Shown here piece after piece: positions 1-10,299 of a DNA stretch of 50,788 nt. A model generated the notes under the pieces. It made no database searches. It worked only from the letters and a program-made list of their open reading frames with translations, and was not told the DNA's origin. The stretch is from Armatimonadota bacterium (GTDB lineage Bacteria; Armatimonadota; UBA5829; DTLH01), in assembly GCA_016190935.1 (NCBI GenBank), contig JACPPP010000169.1, positions 1-50,788 of the forward strand. The letters run 5' to 3'. Numbering within the stretch: the stretch's first letter is position 1; each line of letters opens with the position of its first letter. The translations under genes were made by a program, and so were the position numbers.

Positions 1-1
1 C

Positions 2-455
2 TACCTGGTCCTCTTCACGCCCCTGATGGCGCTCTTGCTTTCCATGGGCCCGGCAGCCCTGGCCGCGGCGGCGACCCGGCTCGCACCGAGACGCTGGTTC
101 TGGCTCGCAGCCACCGCGGGCGCGATCGCTCTGGTGGCCGCCACTGCGGTGACGCTGCCGGCCTACTACGACGGCCGCGAGCGGACCTGGGACCGGGCCG
201 CCCTGGGCGCCTGGATATCGGCGACCGCCGAGCCCGAGGATGCCCTGGTGATGAACCCGGGCCACGACTGGCCCGTCTACGCCTACCACATCCGCGTGCC
301 TCTGAAATGGGAGAACATGCCCCGCGACCGCCGAGCCACCCGGGACCTGGTCCAGTTCCTCATGGCCCCCGCCATCCACGAGCGGGGTACCATCTGGGTG
401 ATCAGCGCCCCCGAGGCGGCCATCTCGGACCCCGACGACGAGCTGCGCCGCTGGC
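2..455 (+). CDS. Partial membrane protein, GT-C/GT39-like C-terminal region; open at the window start and fused in frame to an RlmN fragment
   Basis: Frame is open from base 2 (YLVLFTPLM...). Hydrophobic segments precede a 'WDRAALGAWI...PEDALV...VYAYH...IWVI...DP' soluble tail. GC is far higher than in the sequence that follows. Confidence 0.45.
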
Positions 456-817
456 TGGTCCCCCTCGCGCAAAGGTACCCACTGAATGATCTGATCGCCG
501 CCTGCCGCGCTTACGCAGAGGCAACCGGCCGGCGCGTGACCTATGAATACCTGCTTCTGGCGGGTGTGAACGACTCTCCGGCCCACGCCCGAAAGCTCGC
601 CGGGTTGATCAAGGGGTCACTGGCAAACGTCAACCTTATCCCCTACAACACTGTATTCGGGAAGGACTATAAGCGGCCACAGGCCGGGGCCGTGAAGGCT
701 TTCCGATCTGTGCTCCAGGACGCGGGAATTGAGATAACGGAGCGGTTCGAGCGAGGACATGCGGTCAGCGCCGCTTGCGGCCAGCTTTCGGCGGGGGCCG
801 GGTCAGGGGTTGGGTGA
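431..817 (+). CDS. rlmN: C-terminal part of dual-specificity rRNA/tRNA methyltransferase RlmN; the N-terminal CxxxCxxC region is absent
   Basis: PDDELRxxLVP..YP, RRVTYEYLLLAGVNDS, VNLIPYN and RG..xxAACGQL are the RlmN C-terminal motifs, including the catalytic Cys. Confidence 0.85.
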   Translation, partial: PDDELRRWLVPLAQRYPLNDLIAACRAYAEATGRRVTYEYLLLAGVNDSPAHARKLAGLIKGSLANVNLIPYNTVFGKDYKRPQAGAVKAFRSVLQDAGIEITERFERGHAVSAACGQLSAGAGSGVG

Positions 818-845
818 TGGGTGTTGGGTGATGGGATTCAGGGGC
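793..845 (+). repeat. G-rich degenerate heptamer tandem array (GGGTGAT/GGGTGTT type); matches the G-quadruplex pattern
   Basis: gggtcag-gggttgg-gtgatgg-gtgttgg-gtgatgg-gattcag. The 14-mer caggggttgggtga (804-817) recurs at 8545-8558. Confidence 0.75.
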
Positions 846-933
846 CAAGATTCAGAATGTTGTCACCGAAGTTTCTTTTGTGCTAAACTGCTTCCATAAG
901 CGCTAGTGTAAAATCGCGATGCACGAGGATATA

Positions 934-1803
934 ATGCTGCTGCCCTGCTCCCACGAAAAACGGGTGATTGCCCAAATCGAGCCAACGAAAAACCTGCTGA
1001 CGAATCTGAACATGCTGCACCCGGACGTGTTGACACAACATAACATCCAGCCTGAGGACTATCATGAGGCGCTGGTCTTTCGCTCAGCCATCGAGAGTAT
1101 GCGAGGCAGGTTCATTGCTTCAAGCACTCCGCAACGGCAGAGCTACGTTGCCGCTGTGCTCGGTGAACTAGCGAGAGAGAACAGAATCGAGAGGTTCGAG
1201 ACCCAGACGCGTCGTGAGCGCCATGACATCACTGTGCTGATCCGTAGCGCGCTAAAGCGAATGGCAGCAATCGAGGTTAAGGGCGGCGAAGGTAACAGCA
1301 TTAATATCTCACAACGCCCACTTTGGGCAGACGAGTTTCTCCTGTGGTGTCACCTCGATGGGGCAATCGTAAACCAACCAGAGGCAGGGATTGCCGCGAT
1401 AGTCTTTAATCGGGTGGTGCCCGAGATGGTACGGCGTGGAAAGCGAGTAGACGCGGTTATGGTGAAGGATGTGCTGTGCGGGTCTCCGGTACGTCCGTGT
1501 CCCAAGTACGGGATGTCGCAGCAGTGCAACGATAAGATCGCCCCAGATGTATATCTGCTGCCGCAGCGAATTCCGGTCTACCCAAATGATCCAGAGCCAC
1601 CAGTTCACACGAGGGACACCCTGGAACTGCCCTTTCTGATCCTCGACCACTACGGAGTGAAGAAGGCAGATTTCGGGAAGCATGTGTATGAGGTCGCTAT
1701 TCGCTTGGTAAGCGAGAAAGGACCGACTGGCGACCGCGTGATGCGGGTAGTGACGGTTTCTAAAGCCGGCACACTGTTGGCCACTCGAAAGGCAGGCGCA
1801 TAA
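934..1803 (+). CDS. Putative type II restriction endonuclease / PD-(D/E)XK-like nuclease
   Basis: RHD...AIEVK catalytic-like motif and Cys motif CGS..RPCPK. Translationally coupled (TAATG) to a DNA MTase. GAGGA RBS before the ATG at 934 (track start 919). Confidence 0.6.
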   Translation: MLLPCSHEKRVIAQIEPTKNLLTNLNMLHPDVLTQHNIQPEDYHEALVFRSAIESMRGRFIASSTPQRQSYVAAVLGELARENRIERFETQTRRERHDITVLIRSALKRMAAIEVKGGEGNSINISQRPLWADEFLLWCHLDGAIVNQPEAGIAAIVFNRVVPEMVRRGKRVDAVMVKDVLCGSPVRPCPKYGMSQQCNDKIAPDVYLLPQRIPVYPNDPEPPVHTRDTLELPFLILDHYGVKKADFGKHVYEVAIRLVSEKGPTGDRVMRVVTVSKAGTLLATRKAGA

Positions 1804-2990
1804 TGTGCAGGACCCAGCAAGTCATTGATTCGGGCTACAACACTGGAAAATCGACAGTGCTCTGCGAGCCCGAGATCAGGCTTGACTCTCGCCTATGGAT
1901 CGGGTCATTCAACGGCCGCGAAAGCTCGCTGCACCAGCTCAGCCCGTATGTGGGAAAGCTCAAGTCTGGCATGGTGCGGGTGCTCCTGCGGCTCTACTCC
2001 TCCCCTGGGGATGTGGTCCTCGATCCTTTCTGCGGGTCAGGTGTAGTGCCATTGGAATCATTGCTACTGGGGCGGCGCGCGTGGGCCAACGACCTGAGCG
2101 TGTACGCATACACCATTACGAGAGGCAAGCTCAGTGCTCCGCCGTCTGTTCATACAGCCTTGGCAAATGCGGTGGAGGTCGCCGATGAGTGCGAAAAGCG
2201 CGCGGCTAGCGTAGACTTGTCCTGCGTCCCTGACTGGGTGCAGTCGTTCTTCCACCCCAAAACGCTCTGCGAGATAATCGTCGCCTTCCAGATCCTCTAT
2301 GAGAGATCAGACTATTTCCTGATGGCCTGCCTTTTAGGGATACTGCACCACGTAAGGCCGGGCTTTCTTTCCTATCCGGCCAGCCATCTAACACCATATC
2401 TGAGGAAGTCGAAGTACCCGCCCGCGCAGTTCCCGGACATGTACGGATACCGTGACGTCCGCTCCCGCCTACTCGCAAAGGTTCAACGCGCGTATAGACG
2501 TGTAGATACAATCGCCTGGTCGCCATCCGATTGGATGGTTACCTGTGATAACTCGATGGCCCTCAGATTCGCGGACGCGTCGGTAGACTCTATAATCTCA
2601 AGCCCGCCGTATTTCGGTGCACTTGACTACGCACGCGACAACCGACTGCGTCTATGGTTCCTGGGAATTACGGACTGGAAGGAATTGGACGAGGCACTGA
2701 CTGCAAATGATAAGGTCTACTTGCCACAGATGCGGTTGTGTCTTGCTGAGATGAATCGAGTGCTGCGCCCAGGGGCTTGCTGCGTGCTCGTCCTTGGAGA
2801 TGTCTACCGCAATGGCCGCACACGTAACACTGCAGAGATTATCGCCAAGGAAGCCGAGGATGTCACAAAGGGGCAACTTCGCACTGAGATGATCTATACC
2901 GATGAGATACCGGACGACCGTCGTTCGCGTCGGAACACTCGAACCACCAAATACGAGCGCATCCTTGTAATGCAAAAGTCCTCGAAATAG
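1803..2990 (+). CDS. DNA N4-cytosine (amino) methyltransferase, alpha-type motif order
   Basis: Motif X/I (YVGKL...VLDPFCGSG) is N-terminal, followed by a long TRD-like region and catalytic motif IV SSPPY; LRPG follows. Confidence 0.85.
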   Translation: MCRTQQVIDSGYNTGKSTVLCEPEIRLDSRLWIGSFNGRESSLHQLSPYVGKLKSGMVRVLLRLYSSPGDVVLDPFCGSGVVPLESLLLGRRAWANDLSVYAYTITRGKLSAPPSVHTALANAVEVADECEKRAASVDLSCVPDWVQSFFHPKTLCEIIVAFQILYERSDYFLMACLLGILHHVRPGFLSYPASHLTPYLRKSKYPPAQFPDMYGYRDVRSRLLAKVQRAYRRVDTIAWSPSDWMVTCDNSMALRFADASVDSIISSPPYFGALDYARDNRLRLWFLGITDWKELDEALTANDKVYLPQMRLCLAEMNRVLRPGACCVLVLGDVYRNGRTRNTAEIIAKEAEDVTKGQLRTEMIYTDEIPDDRRSRRNTRTTKYERILVMQKSSK

Positions 2991-3099
2991 CGCCGAAACG
3001 AAATGTTCCAGTTGTCCGGGATCAGGAGACCCCGCACGATCAGCACAATCTGATTGTTACCGGCAGAGGGTCAGCGGATGGATATCCGCCACACCTGGG

Positions 3100-3119
3100 C
3101 CGGGGAGGAATCTCCCCGG
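3100..3119. terminator. GC-rich hairpin between convergent genes, possible terminator
   Basis: ccggggag-gaat-ctccccgg forms a perfect 8-bp stem; there is no clear U-tract. Confidence 0.3.
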
Positions 3120-3138
3120 GCATCATGTCCGACGGAAC

Positions 3139-3168
3139 AACCTCTAACCTCTAACCTCTAACCTCTAA
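3139..3168 (+). repeat. C-rich heptamer tandem array (CCTCTAA)x4
   Basis: cctctaa repeated four times immediately downstream of the sucD stop. Confidence 0.9.
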
Positions 3169-3172
3169 ACCG

Positions 3173-4045
3173 TCACCTGCCGAATCCGTTCAGCAACAGC
3201 TTTGGAACCTCGCTTGGAACACGAGCTACCGGGATTCCTGCCGCTTCGAGCTTTTCGATCTTGGATGCAGCGGTCTCGTCTTCGCCGCCTACCAGTGCTC
3301 CGGCGTGCCCCATCCTCTTGCCCGGAGGGGCGGTAAGCCCGGCGATAAATGCGACTACTTTCTTCGTCATCTTTTCCTTGATATACTGCGCGGCGACAAC
3401 CTCATCCTGACCCCCGATCTCTCCGACGATAACCACCGCATCCGTCTCCGGGTCCGCCTCGAAAAGCGGCAGAAGGCTGGTGAACCGGGAGCCGATTATC
3501 GGATCTCCACCTATACCTATGCAGGTGGACTGGCCTATGCCCGCCTCTGTAAGCCCAGATACGATCTCGTAGGTCAGAGTTCCGCTCCTCGATATGACTC
3601 CGACCCGGCCGGGCTTGTGGATGTGTCCGGGCATAATCCCTACCTTGCACTTAGTGGGGCTTGTGATGCCGGGACAGTTCGGGCCTATCAGCCTGATCCC
3701 GTTTGCGGTGAGCGCCTCATAGGCTGTCAGAGCGTCGAGTGTGGGGATCCCCTCGGTGATGCAGACAACGAGCCTGAGCGGCGCGTCGGCGGCCTCGAGC
3801 AGCGCGGACTTCGCAAACTGCGCGGGTACGTAGATTGCGGATGTGTTCGCCCCCGTCGCCTCAACCGCCTCTCTCACGCTATCGAATACCGGCACACCGT
3901 GGACCTCCTGCCCTCCCTTGCCGGGCGTCACTCCACCGACTACCTTTGTGCCGTACTCCAGCATCTTCTGGGTATGAAACGAGCCGTCCCTGCCGGTTAT
4001 ACCCTGCACTATCACACGGGTGCTTTCGTCAACTAGTATGCTCAT
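3173..4045 (-). CDS. sucD: Succinyl-CoA synthetase alpha subunit
   Basis: [40 protein letters not shown] (phospho-His). Confidence 0.98.
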   Translation of the reverse strand: MSILVDESTRVIVQGITGRDGSFHTQKMLEYGTKVVGGVTPGKGGQEVHGVPVFDSVREAVEATGANTSAIYVPAQFAKSALLEAADAPLRLVVCITEGIPTLDALTAYEALTANGIRLIGPNCPGITSPTKCKVGIMPGHIHKPGRVGVISRSGTLTYEIVSGLTEAGIGQSTCIGIGGDPIIGSRFTSLLPLFEADPETDAVVIVGEIGGQDEVVAAQYIKEKMTKKVVAFIAGLTAPPGKRMGHAGALVGGEDETAASKIEKLEAAGIPVARVPSEVPKLLLNGFGR

Positions 4046-5175
4046 CTCGACTTACCTATCTCCACAACTGTCTTCGCGCCCTCTTCGAGAGAGTCGGCGA
4101 CCATCATATCCGTGCCTTCGAGCAGAGCGCGTCCCTCTGCCTCATTGGTTCCCGCCATTCTGATAACTATCGGCACACGCACATCAAACTGCTCCCTTGC
4201 GGCGAGTATTCCCTTTACGATGTCATCACATCTGGTAATCCCGCCGAAGATGTTCAGGAATATGACCTTCACGCTCTTATCCTCAAGGATCAGCTTGAAC
4301 CCATCTACGACCTTCTTGGGATCCGAGCTTCCTCCCACGTCGAGGAAGTTCGCCGGTGAACCGCCGAAATGCTTAACTATGTCCATTGTGGCCATCGCAA
4401 GCCCCGCGCCGTTTACCATACAGCCTATCTCTCCGTCCAGCCGGACGAAGCTCAGATGGCCGTTCCTGGCCGCGGTCTCCTCCGGGTCTTCCTCTCTAAG
4501 CTCAAGGTTCTTCGGCTGACGGAAAAGAGCGTTGTCATCAAGCAGGACCTTTGCATCAAGCGCTATCACTGTTCCGTTTTCATCCACGACAAGCGGGTTG
4601 ATCTCGATCAGCGAGCAGTCGCGCTCGACGAACATCCTTCCCATCGCTGCCATTATCCGCGCGGCCGCGCCGGCCTGCCCAGCGTCGGGGAAGAGTTTTC
4701 TCGCAAAAGGAAGGCACTCCTCTTCTTTCAGCGCCCCGAGCGAACTTACGGGCGTCTCAAACCGCAGGATCTTCTCAGGGGAGGTTTTGGCGGTCTGCTC
4801 GATCTCCACGCCTCCTTCCGAGCACCCGATGAACACGACTTTTGATGCTCCGCGGTCGATCAGGAGGCTCAGATATACCTCTTTCTTGATGTTGACTGCC
4901 GAGGCCACCAGCAGTTTGCGCACGGGAAGGCCCTTTATGGACATAGAAAGAATGGCCTCCGCGGTCGTAGCCACCTGGTCCATCGTCTCGACCAGCTTGA
5001 TCCCCCCGGCCTTGCCTCTGCCTCCCACGTGCACCTGAGCCTTAAGGACGGCGGGCAGCCCCAGCTTCTCCGCTGCGCGGACCGCCTCCTCCGCTGTGGA
5101 TACCGCGATGTCACTCGCTGTGGGTATGCCATACTCCCTGAAAAGCTCTTTTGCCTGATACTCGTGTATCTTCAT
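4042..5175 (-). CDS. sucC: Succinyl-CoA synthetase beta subunit
   Basis: [52 protein letters not shown]. Confidence 0.98.
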   Translation of the reverse strand: MKIHEYQAKELFREYGIPTASDIAVSTAEEAVRAAEKLGLPAVLKAQVHVGGRGKAGGIKLVETMDQVATTAEAILSMSIKGLPVRKLLVASAVNIKKEVYLSLLIDRGASKVVFIGCSEGGVEIEQTAKTSPEKILRFETPVSSLGALKEEECLPFARKLFPDAGQAGAAARIMAAMGRMFVERDCSLIEINPLVVDENGTVIALDAKVLLDDNALFRQPKNLELREEDPEETAARNGHLSFVRLDGEIGCMVNGAGLAMATMDIVKHFGGSPANFLDVGGSSDPKKVVDGFKLILEDKSVKVIFLNIFGGITRCDDIVKGILAAREQFDVRVPIVIRMAGTNEAEGRALLEGTDMMVADSLEEGAKTVVEIGKSR

Positions 5176-5181
5176 CACAAA

Positions 5182-5934
5182 TCACCTTATCCGCTCGAGA
5201 AGTGACGCCAGCAAGAACTGACGGTTCATCCTCCCGATATTATGCACTTTAACTTCTTTGGGACACTGAATCTCGCATTCCCGCTCGTTGGTGCATGCGC
5301 CGAACCCGAGCTTGTCCATCTCTCGCACCATGTTGAGAACGCGTGTCCGCCATTCGGCCTTGCCCTGGGGCAGAAGCGACAGGTGCGCCAGCTTCGCCGA
5401 GAGGAACAGCATCGGTGACGCATTCTTGCAGGTTGCTACACACGCGCCGCAGCCGATGCACGCGGCAGCGTCCATAGCCAGATCCGCATCGTCCTTGGGG
5501 ATTGGAACTGCGTTTGCATCCGGCGCGCTGCCCGTGTCAACCGATATATAGCCCCCCGCCGCAATTACCTTGTCGAAAGCCGAACGGTCCACAACCAGGT
5601 CCTTTACAACAGGGAACGCCTTTGCTCTAATCGGCTCTATCGTTATTACGTCGTTTTCCCGGAACGCCCGCATATGAAGCTGGCATACGGTGGTCCCATG
5701 TTGGCTTCCGTGCGCTCGACCGTTTATCACCATGCAGCACGTGCCGCAGATGCCCTCCCGGCAGTCGTTGTCGAAGGCGATAGGCTCCTCTCCTTCCAGG
5801 ATCAGACCTTCGTTGACAACATCGAGCATTTCCATAAAGGACGTATCAGCGGAGATATCCGTCACCAGGTGAGGCACGAACCGTCCCTTGGACTTTGCAT
5901 TTCTCTGCCGCCAGACCATGAGCACGAAGTTCAT
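5182..5934 (-). CDS. sdhB: Succinate dehydrogenase/fumarate reductase iron-sulfur subunit
   Basis: [21 protein letters not shown] and [12 protein letters not shown] cluster motifs. Confidence 0.96.
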   Translation of the reverse strand: MNFVLMVWRQRNAKSKGRFVPHLVTDISADTSFMEMLDVVNEGLILEGEEPIAFDNDCREGICGTCCMVINGRAHGSQHGTTVCQLHMRAFRENDVITIEPIRAKAFPVVKDLVVDRSAFDKVIAAGGYISVDTGSAPDANAVPIPKDDADLAMDAAACIGCGACVATCKNASPMLFLSAKLAHLSLLPQGKAEWRTRVLNMVREMDKLGFGACTNERECEIQCPKEVKVHNIGRMNRQFLLASLLERIR

Positions 5935-5935
5935 C

Positions 5936-7849
5936 TTACTTATAGCTCCTCTGCGCCAGCTTGATGTTTTCGAACTGGAGGGTTTCCTTGTGCGGGACTG
6001 GTTCGCTGTCGACGCCGGTGTACTCCCACGCGGCAGCGTAGCTATAGTTCTCGTCGTCCCTCAGGGCTTCGCCTTCCTCTGTCTGGCTCTCAACCCTGAA
6101 ATGTCCTCCGCAGGATTCCTTCCGGTGGAGCGCGTCGCGCACCATCAGTTCCGCCAGCTCCAGAAAATCGGCCACGCGCCCGGCCCTCTCCAGGTTCTGG
6201 TTAAACTCTCCGGGCGCGCCCGCTACCGTCACATTCTTCCAGAACTCCTCTCGAATCTCAGGTATCTTCCTGAGCGCAAGCCGCAGACCGGCCTCATCGC
6301 GGCTCATCCCGCAGTAATCCCACATAAGCATGCCGAGTTCCCGGTGGAAATCGGCCACTGTTCTCTTGCCGTTTATCGCCAGCAGCCTGCTCGTCTTCTC
6401 TTCCGCCTCCGCCGCAGCCCCCTTAAACGCGGAAAGGGAAGTATCGACTTTGCCAAACTCGTTTCCGGCAAAGTAGCCGCCTACGGTGTAGGGGATGACA
6501 AAATAACCGTCCGCCAGCCCCTGCATAAGAGCGCTCGCTCCCAGTCTGTTTGCTCCGTGGTCGGAGAAGTTAGCCTCCCCCAGGACGAAAAGGCCGGGGA
6601 CGGCGCTCATCAGATGATAGTCCACCCACAGCCCTCCCATCGTATAATGCGGGGCCGGATAGATGCGCATAGGGACATTGTAAGGATCCTCAGCGGTGAT
6701 ACGCTCGTACATCTGGAAGAGGTTCCCGTAGTTGTCCTCTATATTTTCGACGCCGTTTCGGGCTATCGCATCGCGGAAGTCGAGGTAGACCGCAAACCCT
6801 GACCCCCCGACGCCTCTTCCGGCGTCACACTGTTCCTTTGCGTTCCTCGAAGCTACGTCTCTCGGCACGAGGTTGCCGAAGCTCGGATACTTCTCCTCGA
6901 GGTAGTAACATCTCTTGTCTTCGGGGATCTGCGATGGTTCGCGCTTGTCTGCCGGGTCTTTGGGGACCCACACGCGGCCATCGTTCCGCAGGCTCTCACT
7001 CATCAGCGTAAGCTTGCTCTGGCAGTGTCCGGAGACGGGAATGCAGGTCGGGTGGATTTGGGTAAAGCAGGGGTTTGCGAAGTACGCTCCTCTCTTATGT
7101 GCCCTCCATATCGCCGATGCGTTGCTGCTCATAGCGTTGGTGGAGAGGTAGAAAACATTGGAATACCCGCCGGTCGCCAGGACTACCGCGTCGGCCGAAT
7201 AGCTCTCAAGCTGACCTGTGATCAGGTTTCGGACTATGATTCCTCTGGCCCTGCCGTCCACCAGCACGATGTCGAGCATCTCCCTGCGCGGGAACAGCTT
7301 TACTCTGCCTTCGTGGACCTGGCGCATCATGGCGCTGTAGGCCCCAAGCAGAAGCTGCTGGCCCGTCTGGCCTCTGGCATAAAACGTCCTCGAGACCTGC
7401 GCTCCACCGAAGGAACGGGTGACGAGCGTCCCGCCATAGTCGCGGGCGAAGGGAACTCCCTGGGCAGCGCAGTGGTCTATGATGTTCACGCTGAGTTGGG
7501 CCAGGCGGAAGACGTTTCCTTCTCTTGAGCGGTAATCTCCTCCCTTGACGGTGTCGTAGAACAGGCGGAAGATGCTGTCGCCGTCGTTGGCGTAATTCTT
7601 TGCGGCGTTTATCCCGCCCTGGGCGGCAATGCTGTGTGCTCTGCGCGGGCTGTCCTGGAGACAGAAGGTGAGGACGTTGTAGCCAAGTTCTGCAAGAGAT
7701 GCGGAGGCGGACGCGCCGGCAAGCCCGGTGCCCACGCAGATGACAGTGTATTTGCGCTTGTTCGCCGGGTTTACCAGCTTAAGCTCGCTCCGGCATCTAT
7801 CCCACTTCTGATCCAGAGGGCCGGAAGGTATTCTTGCATCCAGTGCCAT
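5936..7849 (-). CDS. sdhA: Succinate dehydrogenase/fumarate reductase flavoprotein subunit
   Basis: GTGLAG FAD motif, [14 protein letters not shown] (covalent FAD His), QIHPT, HYTMGG, HGANRLG. Confidence 0.97.
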   Translation of the reverse strand: MALDARIPSGPLDQKWDRCRSELKLVNPANKRKYTVICVGTGLAGASASASLAELGYNVLTFCLQDSPRRAHSIAAQGGINAAKNYANDGDSIFRLFYDTVKGGDYRSREGNVFRLAQLSVNIIDHCAAQGVPFARDYGGTLVTRSFGGAQVSRTFYARGQTGQQLLLGAYSAMMRQVHEGRVKLFPRREMLDIVLVDGRARGIIVRNLITGQLESYSADAVVLATGGYSNVFYLSTNAMSSNASAIWRAHKRGAYFANPCFTQIHPTCIPVSGHCQSKLTLMSESLRNDGRVWVPKDPADKREPSQIPEDKRCYYLEEKYPSFGNLVPRDVASRNAKEQCDAGRGVGGSGFAVYLDFRDAIARNGVENIEDNYGNLFQMYERITAEDPYNVPMRIYPAPHYTMGGLWVDYHLMSAVPGLFVLGEANFSDHGANRLGASALMQGLADGYFVIPYTVGGYFAGNEFGKVDTSLSAFKGAAAEAEEKTSRLLAINGKRTVADFHRELGMLMWDYCGMSRDEAGLRLALRKIPEIREEFWKNVTVAGAPGEFNQNLERAGRVADFLELAELMVRDALHRKESCGGHFRVESQTEEGEALRDDENYSYAAAWEYTGVDSEPVPHKETLQFENIKLAQRSYK

Positions 7850-8505
7850 TATCTTGCGAATCCTCCACCGAGGGCTAAGAGTAAGAAAAGGGGTATTGAA
7901 GCAAACGCCACCGTCAAGGCAACCGCGCCTATTCTGCCGACGATGATGACAAATCTATCATACATGGGGTGCATCAGGCCAAGGCTTTGAAACGTGCTGC
8001 TGATTCCGTGGAAAAGGTGAAGCCCCAGCGCAAGGACTCCGAAAACATAGCAGGCGACTATCCAGGGCTGGCTCAAGATCGCGCTGATCATGTTGAATTC
8101 GCCGGCGCTCTCGTCTCCGGTCCTTACGGTCCAGATGTGAAAAACGATGAAAGCGAGGATAATGAGACCGGTGTAGATCATGGTAGACGAAGCTACAGTC
8201 CTGCCGCCGGCGGATTTCACCATAGAGTAGTTCACCGGCCTCGCCCTCCAGTTTTGCAATGTCAGGACTACGGCAAAAGTTATGTGGATCGCGAACATCG
8301 CGAACAGGCCTGCCTCTATAACCGGCAGGAAGGGTAGTTCGTGGAGATGATGTGCGTACTTGTCGAACCGTTCGGCGCCTTTATAGACGTAGGCATTGCC
8401 GTATAGATGCCCGAACAGAAACCCAAGTGATCCAAGGCCCGTCAGGGCCATAATACATTTTCTTCCAATGGATGACCGAATCAGGGTCACTAATAATAGC
8501 TTCAC
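7849..8505 (-). CDS. sdhC: Succinate dehydrogenase cytochrome b subunit (single-subunit b558-type anchor)
   Basis: SSIGRKxxMALTG, five TM segments, heme His residues, HLxHG..S.FQSLG; GTG start with GGAGG RBS. Confidence 0.93.
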   Translation of the reverse strand: MKLLLVTLIRSSIGRKCIMALTGLGSLGFLFGHLYGNAYVYKGAERFDKYAHHLHELPFLPVIEAGLFAMFAIHITFAVVLTLQNWRARPVNYSMVKSAGGRTVASSTMIYTGLIILAFIVFHIWTVRTGDESAGEFNMISAILSQPWIVACYVFGVLALGLHLFHGISSTFQSLGLMHPMYDRFVIIVGRIGAVALTVAFASIPLFLLLALGGGFAR

Positions 8506-8521
8506 CTATCCCTCCGAGAAA

Positions 8522-8666
8522 AGCGGTCAGCAGTCAGCCTGCGGCAGGGGTTGGGTGACGGGGGTTGGGGGTTAGTAGGGTCATGGGTCATGGGGAGGCC
8601 CTCTGTTACCTGTTACCTGTTACCTACCACCTATCACCTATCACCTACCAACTATCGCTTGTTACC
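8522..8666. repeat. Paired heptamer arrays: G-rich array followed directly by C-rich array (TGTTACC/TATCACC)
   Basis: agcggtc-agcagtc...ttgggtg-acggggg-ttggggg...ggtcatg-ggtcatg, then tgttacc x3, taccacc, tatcacc x2. Confidence 0.85.
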
Positions 8667-8687
8667 TTCCGCGCAATCCGTACATTC

Positions 8688-8716
8688 CGCGCATCCTGAG
8701 CTTGTCGAAGGACGCG
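8688..8716. repeat. Short palindromic REP-like element (CATCCTGAGCTTGTCGAAGGA type), preceded by a 9-bp periodic repeat at 8667-8693
   Basis: Related copies occur at 36721-36763 and 48704-48728. Confidence 0.7.
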
Positions 8717-8740
8717 TTTCAGGAGGCCCAAGAAACAGCC

Positions 8741-9436
8741 TCACGCGTAAACAGCCTGTCTGTTAGCTGTGGACTTTCTGACGTTCTTTTGTGATTTCTT
8801 ATGGGCCTTCTGCTGCCAGATCAGGCCATAGTCCCTCACCTGTGCCCGTTTGCGTTCCGGCAGGTTCTTGACTATATCCCTGGCCGCATCGTGGCCAAGA
8901 TGCAGAGCTTTGAGATTCAGTTCGATGAAGTCCTTCTTGACAGTCGTCTTAAGAGCGGACTCGAGCGACTTCAGCGTGACGAGATTGGTAAACCCGCAGA
9001 GCGCTCCCAGAGCGATGATGTTGGTGACCATCTTGTTGCCGCATTCCTCGACTGCCATTTTGGTCATCGGTATCTCGATGGCCCTGCTCGTGGGAACGAC
9101 TCCGACGTTTGTGGAATCTACAATGAGAGCCCCGTGGTCGACCAGCGCGCCGTAGTAGGCGTCACAAGCTTTCTGGCTCAGGGCTATCAGTATGTCGAAC
9201 GTCCTGCACTGGAGGTCGTCCACCTCGCCCTTGCTCATAACTACTTCAGAGCGGCTCGCGCCGCCCCTGGCTTCGGGTCCGTAGGAGTTGGTCTGCACGA
9301 CGTTCAGTCCGTCATATATCCCCGCCGCCTCAGCGAGTATTCGTCCGGCAAGGAGCAGCCCCTGCCCTCCGGTTCCGCTCAGGCGCACAGCGACCTTCGT
9401 CGAAACTTCCAAATCCGGCATCTGATGCTTCATCAC
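8741..9436 (-). CDS. korC: 2-oxoacid:ferredoxin oxidoreductase gamma subunit
   Basis: GTGGQG, SYGPEARGGASRSEV, NIIALGAL. Confidence 0.9.
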   Translation of the reverse strand: MMKHQMPDLEVSTKVAVRLSGTGGQGLLLAGRILAEAAGIYDGLNVVQTNSYGPEARGGASRSEVVMSKGEVDDLQCRTFDILIALSQKACDAYYGALVDHGALIVDSTNVGVVPTSRAIEIPMTKMAVEECGNKMVTNIIALGALCGFTNLVTLKSLESALKTTVKKDFIELNLKALHLGHDAARDIVKNLPERKRAQVRDYGLIWQQKAHKKSQKNVRKSTANRQAVYA

Positions 9437-10299
9437 TTTCTCCCAATTGCTTCCTGCATCATCTGTTCATAGAGTTCGCAGTATTCAGGGCGCTCCGTGT
9501 CGCGATGCAGCACACCGATAACATACGGCTTACCGGTGGCCCTGGCCTTCTCGTAGTCCATAGTCTCGGAAACCATAATGGACTTCTCGCGCATGGCTTT
9601 GACCATTTCGACGGCGCCGCCCTCCATATTGATCCTGCCGTAGTACGTGTGGCAGTTGGAGATGATCTCTACCACGGAGAACCCCTTGTGCTCAAGCGCC
9701 ATCCGTATCATCTGCTCGACGTGCTTGACGTGATAAACGGTAGATCGCGCGACGAACGAGGCTCCGGCGCTTTTTGCAAGTTCACAGGTGTCGAACGGAG
9801 GCTCGACGCTTCCGTACACCGCCGTAGTCGCCCTCTTGCCGAGCGGGGTAGTCGGCGAGCACTGCCCGCCGGTCATGCCGTAGATAGCGTTGTTCACTAT
9901 TATCGCCGTAATGTCTATGTTTCGCCGCGCGGCGTGGATGAAATGATTACCCCCGATGGCAAGCGCGTCGCCGTCACCCATAAAGGTCATGACCTTGAGG
10001 TCCGGCCTTGCGAGCTTAACCCCTGTTGCGAAGCTCAGCGCCCGGCCGTGGGTCGTGTGCAGGGTGTTGCAGTCCACATACACCGGAATCCTCCCGGTGC
10101 AGCCTATGCCGGCGACCATAACCACTTCATCTTTACTGTAGCCCAGAGATTCGAGCGCCCGTATCGTGCCGCCGAGCACGATGCCGATCCCGCAGCCCGG
10201 ACACCAAAGGTGCGGGAACTTCTTCTTTACTCTGAGCCACTCATGTACAGCCGGTCTCCTAACCGGATGCTTTGTTGCAACCATAGTCTGTTCAGCCAA
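9433..10299 (-). CDS. korB: 2-oxoacid:ferredoxin oxidoreductase beta subunit (TPP-binding)
   Basis: WCPGCG, GIGC, HTTHGRA, GDGD..AIGGNH..HA.RRN, YGMTGGQ.SPT. Confidence 0.93.
   Translation of the reverse strand: MAEQTMVATKHPVRRPAVHEWLRVKKKFPHLWCPGCGIGIVLGGTIRALESLGYSKDEVVMVAGIGCTGRIPVYVDCNTLHTTHGRALSFATGVKLARPDLKVMTFMGDGDALAIGGNHFIHAARRNIDITAIIVNNAIYGMTGGQCSPTTPLGKRATTAVYGSVEPPFDTCELAKSAGASFVARSTVYHVKHVEQMIRMALEHKGFSVVEIISNCHTYYGRINMEGGAVEMVKAMREKSIMVSETMDYEKARATGKPYVIGVLHRDTERPEYCELYEQMMQEAIGRK

Noticed and set aside
8551-8766. 71-aa ORF in the korC-sdhC spacer
   Set aside because: It is simply the translation of the repeat stack (YLLPTTYHLSP, HPELVEG).
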